Positions 1 to 9,826 of a DNA stretch of 64,000 nt are shown here, one piece after another. Under the pieces are notes generated by a model. That model did not search any database, was not told the origin of the DNA, and saw only the letters and a program-made list of their open reading frames with translations. Source of the stretch: Bacteroidota bacterium (GTDB taxonomy: Bacteria; Bacteroidota; Bacteroidia; JADZBD01); contig JBFLYZ010000008.1 in NCBI GenBank assembly GCA_040756415.1, positions 13,793 to 77,792 of the forward strand, written 5' to 3'. Both the position numbers and the translations under genes were made by a program. Position 1 is the stretch's first letter, and the number at the start of each line of letters is the position of its first letter.

Positions 1-699
1 TACGGGTGAGCACCATTTAAATATACCGGTAACGGGATCGATAGAAACCCCGCTGGGGATAAAATAGAACGGCACATTATTACCTCCCGCGCCCAGGCAG
101 GCGCTCAGGCTGAACGAAAGGCTGTCACCGTCAGGATCATAGGGCGCGGCATCGTGATAAAAGCATTGCCCGAAGCAGGCCTCATCGATGGGAGGGTTAT
201 TGAGCTGAACCGAGCTGTTGGGTGGGTTTATGAAAGGATTGATGTTCAGCCAGGCTTCCAGGCGAAAGGCAGCGGTGCCCGAGTTGGGGATGTTGACTAT
301 CCCCGCGTTACGGGCGTAGCTTTCCATATAAACCAGGTAATTGCTGGGCGCATTATAGGTGTGCTCCGTGTAATAAATGTTCTTCTTGATACAGGCTGCC
401 ACCATTTCGCCCATTCGCTGCGGAGCAATGCAGTCATCGTTCGGCCCGGGCAAAGGGCCGTTGATCCGGGGCGCCATGGCTGAACTGGCAGGGCCGTCAC
501 CGAAGAACAGCTCCTGTTCGCAATCATCGGTATTCGTGCTGCAAGTATTGGTATATATAATTATGTAAAAGCCGTACTTATACTGGCCGGGCCCGGGGGA
601 GCCCAGGTAAACATAGGTGATCTCTCCCGCCCTGAAGTGGGACGCAAGAGACGGTACAGCGACCGCGAAAAGAAAAATAATTGCGATCAGTTTTTTCAC
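1..699 (-). CDS. Secreted protein, N-terminal part of a large T9SS / gliding-associated family protein. It is partial: the GTG start is at 699 and the gene runs off the window start.
   Basis: Reverse translation from 699 gives VKKLIAIIFLFAVAVPSLASHFRAGEITYVYLGSPGPGQYKYGFYIIIYTNTC.... The signal peptide plus a H-x-x-GEITY motif is typical of Bacteroidota T9SS type-B / CHU_C-type large surface proteins. The ORF is open to the window edge. The + strand ORF 154..483 overlaps it and is rejected. Confidence 0.5.
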   Translation of the reverse strand, partial: MKKLIAIIFLFAVAVPSLASHFRAGEITYVYLGSPGPGQYKYGFYIIIYTNTCSTNTDDCEQELFFGDGPASSAMAPRINGPLPGPNDDCIAPQRMGEMVAACIKKNIYYTEHTYNAPSNYLVYMESYARNAGIVNIPNSGTAAFRLEAWLNINPFINPPNSSVQLNNPPIDEACFGQCFYHDAAPYDPDGDSLSFSLSACLGAGGNNVPFYFIPSGVSIDPVTGIFKWCSPV

Positions 700-859
700 G
701 CGGGGGTAAAATCGATATGTAAATGTACTCGAATACCTAAAAATAAACAAACACCGGCTTTGACCGCGGCAAACGCAAAAGGTTGCATTTTATTGCCGCT
801 CCCCTCGCTTTCTGGGGCCTATACCCACGGGAACGTCAGCGGATAATGACTATCTTTGT

Positions 860-1936
860 ATGATGAGCGTGAAACAGGATATCCGCAAGCTTTCATTGGA
901 GGAGCTGAAGGCCTTTTTCCTCGAAAAAGGGGAAAAGGCCTTTCGGGCCGCGCAGGTGTACGAATGGCTGTGGAAGCGGTCCGCGCGTTCATTCGATGCG
1001 ATGACCAACCTGAGCAAAGATACCCGCGCCCTGCTCGACTCCTGTTTTGTGATCAACGCCATAGGCATAGACAGCTTTCAGAAGAGCAATGACCGCACCA
1101 TCAAATACGCCTTCCGGCTCTATGACGGCAACATCGTGGAAGGCGTGCTCATTCCCACGGAAACGCGGATGACGGCCTGCGTCAGCTCGCAGGTGGGTTG
1201 CTCGCTCACCTGTAAGTTCTGCGCTACGGGCAGGCTGGAGCGCCTACGCAACCTGGATGCGGCCGAGATATATGATCAGGTAGCGATCATACGCGAAGAG
1301 GCGGTAAAGCAGTACGGCATTCCCCTGACCAACATCGTGTACATGGGAATGGGCGAGCCCCTGCTGAACTATAAGGACACGCTCCACTCCATCGAAATGA
1401 TCACCTCTCCCGCGGGGTTGGGCATGTCGCCCCAGCGTATCACCGTTTCCACTGCGGGTATAGCCAAAATGATACGCAGGCTGGGCGATGACGGGGTGAA
1501 GTTCAGCCTGGCCCTCTCGCTGCACGCGGCCAACGATGAGAAACGCAGCCGCATCATGCCCATCAACGAGCAAAACTCGCTCGATGCCCTGGCCGATGCC
1601 CTGAACTACTTCACGGAGAAGACCGGTGAGCGGGTAACCTTCGAGTATATTATTTTCAAAGACTTCAACGATACCGAGGATGACGCGCGTGAACTGGCTG
1701 CGTACTGCAGGCGGGTGAAGGCCAAAGTGAACATCATTGAATACAATCCCATTGAAGGCGGGGAGTTCAGGCAAACGCTGCCCGAGCGGCTGAGGCGCTT
1801 CGTTGATCACCTGGAAAGGAACCGCATTATCGTGAACGTGCGCAGAAGCCGGGGCAAGGATATTGACGCGGCCTGCGGGCAGCTCGCCAACCGTAATAAG
1901 TCGGGATTAGGTAAACGCAAACTGAAAGCTGCGTGA
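860..1936 (+). CDS. rlmN: 23S rRNA (adenine2503-C2)-methyltransferase, radical SAM (RlmN)
   Basis: 358 aa. Radical-SAM CxxxCxxC motif (CSLTCKFCATG). N-terminal MSVKQDIRKLSLEELKAFF and C-terminal CGQL are typical of RlmN. Its stop overlaps the next gene's start. Confidence 0.9.
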   Translation: MMSVKQDIRKLSLEELKAFFLEKGEKAFRAAQVYEWLWKRSARSFDAMTNLSKDTRALLDSCFVINAIGIDSFQKSNDRTIKYAFRLYDGNIVEGVLIPTETRMTACVSSQVGCSLTCKFCATGRLERLRNLDAAEIYDQVAIIREEAVKQYGIPLTNIVYMGMGEPLLNYKDTLHSIEMITSPAGLGMSPQRITVSTAGIAKMIRRLGDDGVKFSLALSLHAANDEKRSRIMPINEQNSLDALADALNYFTEKTGERVTFEYIIFKDFNDTEDDARELAAYCRRVKAKVNIIEYNPIEGGEFRQTLPERLRRFVDHLERNRIIVNVRRSRGKDIDAACGQLANRNKSGLGKRKLKAA

Positions 1937-2907
1937 GCAGGATAGACGAGATAAAAGCCCCGATAGCCGCTGAAATGGATGAGTTCGAGGTCCGTTTCAG
2001 GCAAAGCATGAAGAGCGATGTGCCCCTGCTCGATAAGATCACACACTACATCATCAAGCGAAAGGGTAAGCAGATACGCCCCATGTTCGTTTTCCTTTCC
2101 GCCAAATTGTGCGGTGGCGTTTCTGATTCGGCCTATCATGCGGCCTCGCTGATCGAGCTGCTGCATACCGCCACGCTCGTGCATGACGATGTGGTGGACG
2201 ACAGCAACGAGCGCAGGGGGTTCTTTTCCGTGAACGCCTTATGGAAGAATAAGATCGCGGTGCTGGTGGGTGATTACCTCCTTTCGCGCGGGCTGCTGCT
2301 GGCGGTAGATAATAAGGAGCACCGCCTGCTGGGCATCGTTTCGAACGCGGTGCGCGAGATGAGCGAGGGCGAGCTGCTGCAGATCGAGAAGGCCCGCAGG
2401 CTGGACATAGAAGAGAAAGTATATTTCGATATCATCCGTCAAAAGACAGCGGTGCTCATCGCTTCGTGCTGCGCCTGCGGTGCGGTAGCGGCCAGCGCTG
2501 ACGATGCCACGGTGCAGAAGATGCGCCTGTTCGGTGAGTACGTAGGCATAGCTTTCCAGATCAAAGACGACCTGTTCGATTACGGCAATGCCGAGGAGAT
2601 CGGGAAGCCCACCGGCATCGATATCAAGGAAAAGAAAATGACCCTGCCGCTCATTTATGCCCTGGCAAAATCAGGCTGGCCGGAAAAAAGAAAGATCATC
2701 AATATCATCAAGAACCATAACGATGATCCTGAAATGGTGAGGCAGGTGGTGGAGTATGTCCTGGGTAGCGGGGGCATTCAGTATGCCCAGGAGAAAATGG
2801 AAGATTATAAAGCCCGTTCGCTACAGCTCCTGTCTGAATTCGAGAACAACCCGGCCCGCGATTCGCTGGAGCAACTGGTCAGGTATACCACAGAAAGAAA
2901 GAACTGA
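1933..2907 (+). CDS. ispB: Polyprenyl diphosphate synthase (IspB/octaprenyl-diphosphate synthase-like)
   Basis: 324 aa. Two DDxxD motifs (LVHDDVVDD and IKDDLFDY). Typical trans-isoprenyl diphosphate synthase length. Overlaps rlmN at a TGA/ATG junction. Confidence 0.85.
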   Translation: MSRIDEIKAPIAAEMDEFEVRFRQSMKSDVPLLDKITHYIIKRKGKQIRPMFVFLSAKLCGGVSDSAYHAASLIELLHTATLVHDDVVDDSNERRGFFSVNALWKNKIAVLVGDYLLSRGLLLAVDNKEHRLLGIVSNAVREMSEGELLQIEKARRLDIEEKVYFDIIRQKTAVLIASCCACGAVAASADDATVQKMRLFGEYVGIAFQIKDDLFDYGNAEEIGKPTGIDIKEKKMTLPLIYALAKSGWPEKRKIINIIKNHNDDPEMVRQVVEYVLGSGGIQYAQEKMEDYKARSLQLLSEFENNPARDSLEQLVRYTTERKN

Positions 2908-3773
2908 TGCGCTTGCTCGCCTGCATACTCCTCGGACTCCTTGCGGTTCCTGCTGGTGCGCAGTGGCAGAAATTCTATTACGAGCACGGCATCATCAAAA
3001 GCGAGGGCATGTTCGTGAACGGGATCATGCATGGCGAGTGGACCTTTTACCGCGAAAACGCCCGGGTGCGCAGCCACGGATATTACAAGAATGGCGTGGC
3101 CGACAGCTTCTGGATATTCTACGATGAGAACGAGTGCCTGACCAAGGCCGGCTATTTCAAAGGAGGGAAGTTCGAGGGGCTGTGGACCTTTTACAGCCAG
3201 GAGGGCAAGGTGCGGGCTACCGGATATTATGCCAGGGGTATGCTGAACGGGCTGTGGACGGAATATTACCCCGATGGACAGAAAAAGTACGAAGGCTATT
3301 TCGTAAACGAGACCAAGCAGGGCAAGTTCGTGCATTGGCATTACGAGGGGTATAAAGTGGCCGAAGAGGAATATAAGGATGGCGTGCTGCACGGAAAACA
3401 CACCGAGTATTACAAAAACGGCATTGTGAAAAGCGAGATGCACTACAAAATGGGCAAGCTGCACGGTGCCTGGATGCTCTGGTACGAGGATGGCAAGCTT
3501 CGCACGCAGGGTACGATGAAGAATAACATGAAGGAAGGCGAATGGAAGTTCTGGGGAGATAACGGCAAGCTGCTGGTGAAAGGAAATTACCGGCATAACC
3601 AGTATAACGGGAAATGGACGGAGTATGACGGCAAGGGCCAGAAAGTAAGCGAGGGAAAATTCTACGAGAACAAGAAAAAAGGCAAATGGATCTATTATAA
3701 TGAGTACGGGCTGATCTATAAAGTGGAGATCTTCAGGAACGGTAAAGCAATCAAAGAAATAAACTATGGCTAG
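2907..3773 (+). CDS. MORN-repeat (YwqK-family) protein with signal peptide
   Basis: Signal peptide MRLLACILLGLLAVPAGAQ. About 10 tandem copies of G-x-W-x-x-Y-Y-x-N-G-x-x-K-x-E-G-x-Y MORN-variant repeats. Confidence 0.7.
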   Translation: MRLLACILLGLLAVPAGAQWQKFYYEHGIIKSEGMFVNGIMHGEWTFYRENARVRSHGYYKNGVADSFWIFYDENECLTKAGYFKGGKFEGLWTFYSQEGKVRATGYYARGMLNGLWTEYYPDGQKKYEGYFVNETKQGKFVHWHYEGYKVAEEEYKDGVLHGKHTEYYKNGIVKSEMHYKMGKLHGAWMLWYEDGKLRTQGTMKNNMKEGEWKFWGDNGKLLVKGNYRHNQYNGKWTEYDGKGQKVSEGKFYENKKKGKWIYYNEYGLIYKVEIFRNGKAIKEINYG

Positions 3774-4212
3774 GAACATCTTAAACATGATCATTGTCGG
3801 GTGCACGCTCGCTTTATTCTCCTGTTCCTCGGAGAACACGGGCCGCGGGGATGCCGGCAGGAGCGGAACCGGTGGGGACGAAGCGGAGGACCTGGTGCTG
3901 GCTGTTGCACCGGATACATCCGTTATCAGGAACAACGGAGAATACGAAGAGTTCTATCCCAATGGCATACGCAAGACCAAGGGGTTTTACCTCAATGGCA
4001 AGCGGAACGGGCAATGGTTCTTCTGGTACGAGAACGGCAAAATGTGGAGCGTGGGCTTTTATAAGGATGGCGTGCGTGACGGACGTACCTCGGTCTATTA
4101 TGAGAACGGCCAGTTGCGTTACGATGGCCAGTATAAGGACGGCAAGCGTTCGGGCAAATGGAAGTTCTATGATGAGGCCGGTAAGCTGCTGAAAGAGGAG
4201 CAGTTCGACTGA
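3766..4212 (+). CDS. MORN-repeat (YwqK-family) lipoprotein
   Basis: Lipobox LALFSC. The same repeat as the upstream gene (EEFYPNGIRKTKGFYLNGKRNGQWFFWYENGK...). Overlaps the upstream gene by 8 nt. Confidence 0.65.
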   Translation: MARNILNMIIVGCTLALFSCSSENTGRGDAGRSGTGGDEAEDLVLAVAPDTSVIRNNGEYEEFYPNGIRKTKGFYLNGKRNGQWFFWYENGKMWSVGFYKDGVRDGRTSVYYENGQLRYDGQYKDGKRSGKWKFYDEAGKLLKEEQFD

Positions 4213-4323
4213 CGCGTGCCCGGGCTCAAATCCTTAACATGTTTTTGTTGAAAAGATCATCTCCCGCGGCTGGTGGCTGAACCGGTCTATCGCCTATATT
4301 TGTTTCAGTCTATTTTACCAGTT

Positions 4324-4593
4324 ATGAGCCAAGCTACCAACCACTATTTACGCCAGGCCGGGATCGATACGGGAGGAGTAAGCATCAACGACCTGCGCGA
4401 AAGGGAATTCAACGGCAAAAGCCTTTCGGAACAGGAGAAAACAGCCCTGGCTAACTTTGACAGGTTCCGTATTGCCGAGCTGAACAAGCAGCCTGACGAT
4501 CTTTCTTTTCATAGGCGTTACCGCGAGCTGCAGGTTATGGCCAACCTGGGCAATTACGAGGAATTTCTCAAAGAAAAGTATAACACGATCTGA
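4324..4593 (+). CDS. Hypothetical small protein
   Basis: ORF 4273..4593. Start taken at the internal MSQATNHY (4324), which sits after a TAnnTTT-like box. No recognisable motif. Confidence 0.35.
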   Translation: MSQATNHYLRQAGIDTGGVSINDLREREFNGKSLSEQEKTALANFDRFRIAELNKQPDDLSFHRRYRELQVMANLGNYEEFLKEKYNTI

Positions 4594-4617
4594 GCGCGCA
4601 TAACCTGTGCCCGTAAA

Positions 4618-4652
4618 GCCAACCCCGTCAACCCAGGCGGGGCTTTTTATTT
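4618..4652 (+). terminator. Putative intrinsic terminator
   Basis: Short GC stem (ccccg...cgggg) followed by cttttta ttt. Confidence 0.45.
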
Positions 4653-4766
4653 GTACCAATGCAGGAGTCTGCTAACCAGGCTTTTAGCATTCCTGGTACG
4701 GATCAAGTCATCCCAGCCATTCGCTTAAGAAGCCAAAAAAGCCTAACTTTAAACACTATCTTTCCT

Positions 4767-7487
4767 ATGGAAAAGCAATCTTACCTGGGCAATGGGGAAA
4801 TATCGGCCATTGAGCACCTTTATGAACAGTATTTAAAGGACGAGCATGCTGTTGAAAGCGACTGGCGTAAGTTCTTCGAGGGCTTTGAGTTCGCCCGCAA
4901 GCATTACGAAGAGGCGGTAGCTACAGGCCTGCCCGACCATGTAAGAAAGGAATTCGCGGTTATCAACCTGATCAACCTGTACCGTTCCACCGGTCACCTG
5001 TTCACGCGCACCAACCCGGTCAGGGAAAGAAGAAAGTACAAGCCCACGCTGGATGAGATCGAGCTGATCGGTCTTTCACAGGCCGACATGGATACCGTTT
5101 TTCATGCCGGATCGGAGATCGGTCTGGGTGACGCCACCCTGCGCGATATCATCGCTTTTCTGAAGCAGACCTATTGTAACAGCATAGGTGCCGAGTTCAT
5201 GTATATCCGCAACCAGAAGATCAAGAACTGGCTCAAGGAGAAGCTGGAGCGCGGCCGCAATACGCCCCGCTATACGCCTGAGGAGAAAAAGCGCCTGCTC
5301 AATAAGCTGACCAAAGCGGTGGTGTTCGAGAGCTTTTTGCAGACCAAGTTCCCCGGGGAGAAGCGCTTCTCGCTCGAAGGGGCCGAGGCGCTTGTGCCCG
5401 CCCTGGATATGGTGATAGAGAAGGGCGCATCGCTGGGAATAGAGGAGTTCGTGATGGGTATGGCGCACAGGGGCCGGCTCAACGTGCTGGCCAATATCAT
5501 GGGCAAGACCTATGAAGATATTTTCTCCGAGTTTGAAGGAAAGGAATTCGAGGAATCGCTCTTCGATGGAGATGTGAAATACCACCAGGGCTATTCGGCC
5601 AATATCGTTACCAGCGAGGGCCGCAAGGTGCACCTGAGCCTTACGCCCAACCCCTCGCATCTCGAAACGGTCGATGGTATCGCGGAAGGGATATCGAGGG
5701 CGAAGATCGATCGTACGCACAAGGGAGACCTCGGTAAATTATGCCCCATTCTCATTCATGGCGATGCGGCCGTTGCAGCGCAGGGTATCGTTTATGAGGT
5801 AATACAGATGTCGAACCTGGACGCCTACCGTACCGGGGGCACCATACACCTGGTCATCAATAACCAGGTGGGGTTCACGACCAATTACCTCGATGCGCGC
5901 TCTTCCACCTATTGCACAGATATCGCCAAAGTGATCCTCTCGCCCGTGTTTCACGTGAATGGCGATGATATCGAGGCGGTGGTGCATACCGTGCAACTGG
6001 CCATGGAATTCAGGCAGACCTTCCAGCGCGATGTCTTCATCGATATCCTCTGCTATCGTAAATACGGGCACAACGAAGGCGATGAGCCCCGTTTCACGCA
6101 GCCCCTGCTGTACAAGGCCATTGCATCGCATCCCAACCCGAGGCAGATCTATATCGAAAAGCTCGAGAAAGAGAATATCATCACCGGTGAGGATGCCCGG
6201 CAGATCGAGAAAGAGTTCCGCGATACCCTGAACGAACGGCTGAACGAGGCCAAGCAGATCCGCAAGACCAGGGTCACCTCCTTTCTGGAAGGATCCTGGA
6301 AGGGATTGCGCCTTGCCCGCGAGGAGGATTTTGAGGCGTCTCCCGATACTTCGGTCGACAAAAAGACCCTCTTATCCATAGGCCGGAAAATTACCGAAGT
6401 GCCGAAGGACAAAAAGTTCTTCAACAAAATGGAAAAGTTGTTCAATGACCGCAGGGCCATGCTCGAAGGCGAAGGCCGCCTGGATTGGGCTATGGCCGAG
6501 CTGCTGGCCTATGGCACTTTGCTGCAGGAAGGGCACCCGGTGCGCTTCAGCGGCCAGGACGTGGAGCGCGGCACTTTTTCGCACCGCCACGCGGTCATTA
6601 AGCTGGAGGACAGCGAAGAGGAATATATACCCCTGGCGCAACTGGAGCAGGGCGATGCCCGGTTCATGATCTATAACTCGCATTTGTCAGAATACGGTGT
6701 GCTCGCCTTCGAATACGGATATGCCATGGCCTCTCCCCAGTCGCTGGTGATCTGGGAGGCGCAGTTCGGAGACTTTGGCAACTGCGCCCAGGTGGTGATC
6801 GACCAGTATATCAGCGCGGCTGAGGACAAATGGAGGCGTATGAACGGCATCTGTCTTTTTCTGCCGCACGGATACGAAGGCCAGGGCGCTGAACATTCCA
6901 GCGGACGCATGGAGCGTTTCCTCACCTTATGCGCGGAGAACAATATGTATGTGATCAATGCCACCACACCGGCCAATTTTTTTCACGCTATACGCAGGCA
7001 GTTGAAGGTGCCGTTCAGGAAACCCCTGATCGCGTTCACGCCCAAGAGCCTGCTCCGGCACCCGCAATGCGTTTCGCGATGGGATGAGTTCGCAGCGGGA
7101 GGCTTCAGCGAGGTATACGATGATCTGTCCGCTGACCCGTCCAGGGTGAGCCGCCTGGTGTTCTGCAACGGCAAGATCTATTATGAGCTGATGGCTAAAA
7201 AGCAGGAATTAAAGAACGGATCGGTGGCCATTGTAAGGATAGAGCAGTTGTACCCCTTTCCGGCAAAGAAGATAAAAGCCATACTGGCCCGGTACAGGAA
7301 GGCAAAAGAATACCTCTGGGTGCAGGAAGAGCCCGAGAACATGGGCGCCTGGAGCTACCTGCTGCGCACCTTCCGCGATGTGCCCTTGCGCTGCATAGCG
7401 CGCCCCGAAAGCGCCAGCCCGGCCACCGGCTCGAAGAAGCAGAGCGAGAAGCAGCAAAAGGAGATCGTGGATAAAACATTTTCATAA
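4767..7487 (+). CDS. sucA: 2-oxoglutarate dehydrogenase E1 component
   Basis: ORF 4659..7487. The likely start is [23 protein letters not shown] at 4767, preceded by a TAnnTTT box. About 900 aa TPP-dependent E1 (…[14 protein letters not shown]…, …[18 protein letters not shown]…). The E2 gene follows directly. Confidence 0.9.
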   Translation: MEKQSYLGNGEISAIEHLYEQYLKDEHAVESDWRKFFEGFEFARKHYEEAVATGLPDHVRKEFAVINLINLYRSTGHLFTRTNPVRERRKYKPTLDEIELIGLSQADMDTVFHAGSEIGLGDATLRDIIAFLKQTYCNSIGAEFMYIRNQKIKNWLKEKLERGRNTPRYTPEEKKRLLNKLTKAVVFESFLQTKFPGEKRFSLEGAEALVPALDMVIEKGASLGIEEFVMGMAHRGRLNVLANIMGKTYEDIFSEFEGKEFEESLFDGDVKYHQGYSANIVTSEGRKVHLSLTPNPSHLETVDGIAEGISRAKIDRTHKGDLGKLCPILIHGDAAVAAQGIVYEVIQMSNLDAYRTGGTIHLVINNQVGFTTNYLDARSSTYCTDIAKVILSPVFHVNGDDIEAVVHTVQLAMEFRQTFQRDVFIDILCYRKYGHNEGDEPRFTQPLLYKAIASHPNPRQIYIEKLEKENIITGEDARQIEKEFRDTLNERLNEAKQIRKTRVTSFLEGSWKGLRLAREEDFEASPDTSVDKKTLLSIGRKITEVPKDKKFFNKMEKLFNDRRAMLEGEGRLDWAMAELLAYGTLLQEGHPVRFSGQDVERGTFSHRHAVIKLEDSEEEYIPLAQLEQGDARFMIYNSHLSEYGVLAFEYGYAMASPQSLVIWEAQFGDFGNCAQVVIDQYISAAEDKWRRMNGICLFLPHGYEGQGAEHSSGRMERFLTLCAENNMYVINATTPANFFHAIRRQLKVPFRKPLIAFTPKSLLRHPQCVSRWDEFAAGGFSEVYDDLSADPSRVSRLVFCNGKIYYELMAKKQELKNGSVAIVRIEQLYPFPAKKIKAILARYRKAKEYLWVQEEPENMGAWSYLLRTFRDVPLRCIARPESASPATGSKKQSEKQQKEIVDKTFS

Positions 7488-7498
7488 AAATACCGCCC

Positions 7499-8719
7499 AT
7501 GGCACTGATCGAGATAAAAGTTCCCAGCCCGGGAGAATCCATTACCGAGGTTACCATATCGCGCTGGCTGAAGCAGGATGGCGATTACGTGGAAAAGGAC
7601 GAGGAGATCGCGGAGATCGACTCGGACAAAGCCACCCTGACCATTTCCGCTGAGGCTTCGGGTGCGCTGAAGATACACGCCAGGGAAGGCGAAGTGGTAA
7701 AGGTGGGCAGTGTTGCCTGCAGTATTGACACGGCTGTAAAGGGAGAGAAAAAAGCGGGGCCCGAGAAGAAGGCGGAGCCCAGGGCCCAGAAGAAAGAAGA
7801 GGTGAAGGCGGAGGTGAAGACGGCCCCTGCCGAAAGCGTTCATGCTACTCCGCTGGCCAAAAAGATCATGGAGGAAAATAAGATCGCGCAGAAGATCAAC
7901 GGAACCGGTGAAGGCGGCAAGATCACCAAATCGGACGTGCTGAAGGCGATGAGCAAAGGTTTTGGTGGCGAGAAAGGCTTCGGAGGAACGCGCGATACCG
8001 AGCGGCAGAAAATGTCGGCCCTGCGCAAAAAGCTTTCACAAAGGCTGGTGGCGGTAAAGAACCAAACGGCCATGCTGACGACCTTTAACGAGATCGACAT
8101 GAGCCGCATCTATGAGCTGCGCGCCAGGTATAACCCGGTGATGGAAAAGAAGTTCGGCACCAAGCTGGGCTTTATGAGCTTTTTCACCAAGGCGGTGTGC
8201 GAGGCGCTCCAGCTTTTTCCCGCTGTCAATGCCATGATTGACGGGGAAGAGGTCGTGTATCACAGGTATTGCGATATAGGGATTGCCGTAAGCGCGCCCA
8301 AGGGCCTGGTGGTGCCCGTGGTGCGTAACGCGGAGACGCTGGGATTGGCGGAGATCGAGATGCGGATAAAAGAGCTGGCGGTGAAGGCGCGTGAGAATAA
8401 GATCACGCTCGAGGACATGGAGGGCGGCACCTTTACGATCACGAACGGTGGTGTTTTCGGGTCGATGATGTCCACGCCCATCATCAACCCGCCTCAAAGC
8501 GCCATACTGGGCATGCATAACGTGATCGAGCGCCCGGTTGCGCATAACGGGCAGGTGCTTATCCGGCCTATGATGTATGTGGCGCTTTCGTACGATCACC
8601 GCATCATCGATGGCCGCGAGTCGGTGGGCTTTTTGGTCAAGGTTAAAGAGATGTGCGAGCAGCCGGAAAAAATGCTTTTTGGCGGGAAAGATCCCCAGGA
8701 AGTGCTGCTGGGATTATAA
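7499..8719 (+). CDS. sucB: Dihydrolipoyllysine-residue succinyltransferase (E2 of the 2-oxoglutarate dehydrogenase complex)
   Basis: N-terminal lipoyl domain ([11 protein letters not shown]). Ala/Pro/Lys-rich linker. C-terminal catalytic motif DHRIIDGRE. Confidence 0.9.
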   Translation: MALIEIKVPSPGESITEVTISRWLKQDGDYVEKDEEIAEIDSDKATLTISAEASGALKIHAREGEVVKVGSVACSIDTAVKGEKKAGPEKKAEPRAQKKEEVKAEVKTAPAESVHATPLAKKIMEENKIAQKINGTGEGGKITKSDVLKAMSKGFGGEKGFGGTRDTERQKMSALRKKLSQRLVAVKNQTAMLTTFNEIDMSRIYELRARYNPVMEKKFGTKLGFMSFFTKAVCEALQLFPAVNAMIDGEEVVYHRYCDIGIAVSAPKGLVVPVVRNAETLGLAEIEMRIKELAVKARENKITLEDMEGGTFTITNGGVFGSMMSTPIINPPQSAILGMHNVIERPVAHNGQVLIRPMMYVALSYDHRIIDGRESVGFLVKVKEMCEQPEKMLFGGKDPQEVLLGL

Positions 8720-9826
8720 ATGGGAAATACGCTTCACATACTTCCGCTTCAGAGCTGGCTTCCGCACGGCCGTCCGCTCATTATCAGCGGCCCCTGCGGT
8801 GCCGAAAGCGAACGGCAGGTAATGGAAACGGCCGAAGGTATCGCACGGTCGGGGCGGGTAACGGTATTCCGTTCGGGCATCTGGAAACCGCGGACGCGTC
8901 CCAACTCCTTCGAGGGTGTTGGTGAAAAAGGCCTGGCCTGGCTGCAGCGGGTCAAAAAGGAATTCGGGCTGCTGACCACGGTGGAGGTAGCCAATGCCGA
9001 GCATGTTGAGCTGGCTCTCCGCTATGGCATAGATATACTTTGGATAGGCGCGCGCACCACGGTCAACCCCTTCTCCGTGCAGGAGATCGCAGACGCGCTG
9101 AAAGGGCGGGATGTGCCTGTTATGGTGAAGAACCCTCTCCATCCTGACCTGCAGTTGTGGCTGGGCGCGCTGGAGCGTATCCATCATGCCGGCATCAGGC
9201 GGCTTATTGCCGTTCACCGCGGATTCTACTCTCCCTCGTCAGCTCAATACCGCAATGCCCCGCTATGGGAAATACCCATCGAGCTGAAGACCCTTCAGCC
9301 GGAGCTGCCCCTGGTTTGCGATCCCAGCCATATCTGCGGCCGTACCGACCTGCTTCAGCAGGTGGCTCAGAAAGCGCTCGACCTGAACATGGATGGGCTG
9401 ATGATAGAATCGCATATTCACCCCGGGCAGGCGCTGAGCGATGCGCGGCAGCAGGTCACACCGGTGCAGTTGACCGAACTGCTCGGAAAGCTGATCGTGC
9501 GTGAGGCGAGCTCCGATGATGTCGCTTTCGCCAACCAGCTCCAGCTTTTACGTGGCATGATCGATGGCATTGATGAAGACCTGCTGAACATTCTGCAAAA
9601 GCGCATGGAAGTGATCGAAAAGATAGGGGAGTACAAGCGCGACAACCACGTGACGATCTTCCAGCTCGAACGCTGGCAGGAGATCCTGCGCACGCGCACG
9701 GCCTCGGGACTGCTGAAAGGCATGAGCAGCGATTTCATTGAGAAGATATGCGTGCTGCTGCACAAGGAATCGATCAGGAGGCAAACCGAGGTGATGAATA
9801 CGGCCACCGAGAAGAAAAAGCCTTAG
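8720..9826 (+). CDS. Bifunctional 3-deoxy-7-phosphoheptulonate (DAHP) synthase / chorismate mutase
   Basis: N-terminal KDO8P/DAHP-synthase-like TIM barrel (LIISGPCGAESERQ, …DPSHICGR…). C-terminal AroQ-type chorismate mutase segment (LLRGMIDGIDEDLLNILQKRMEVIEKIGEYKRD). Its start is directly adjacent to the sucB stop (TAAATG). Confidence 0.85.
   Translation: MGNTLHILPLQSWLPHGRPLIISGPCGAESERQVMETAEGIARSGRVTVFRSGIWKPRTRPNSFEGVGEKGLAWLQRVKKEFGLLTTVEVANAEHVELALRYGIDILWIGARTTVNPFSVQEIADALKGRDVPVMVKNPLHPDLQLWLGALERIHHAGIRRLIAVHRGFYSPSSAQYRNAPLWEIPIELKTLQPELPLVCDPSHICGRTDLLQQVAQKALDLNMDGLMIESHIHPGQALSDARQQVTPVQLTELLGKLIVREASSDDVAFANQLQLLRGMIDGIDEDLLNILQKRMEVIEKIGEYKRDNHVTIFQLERWQEILRTRTASGLLKGMSSDFIEKICVLLHKESIRRQTEVMNTATEKKKP

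Noticed and set aside
154-527. ORFs 154..483(+), 297..527(-) and 377..568(+)
   Set aside because: They overlap the convincing minus-strand gene (signal peptide plus GEITY motif) and look like high-GC alternative-frame artefacts.
2805-3935. 376-aa minus-strand ORF antisense to the MORN-repeat genes
   Set aside because: Low-complexity translation, no start context, and fully overlapped by two motif-supported + strand genes.
5076-6683. Several 100-214-aa minus-strand ORFs inside sucA
   Set aside because: Antisense to a strongly supported housekeeping gene. Typical GC-rich shadow ORFs.
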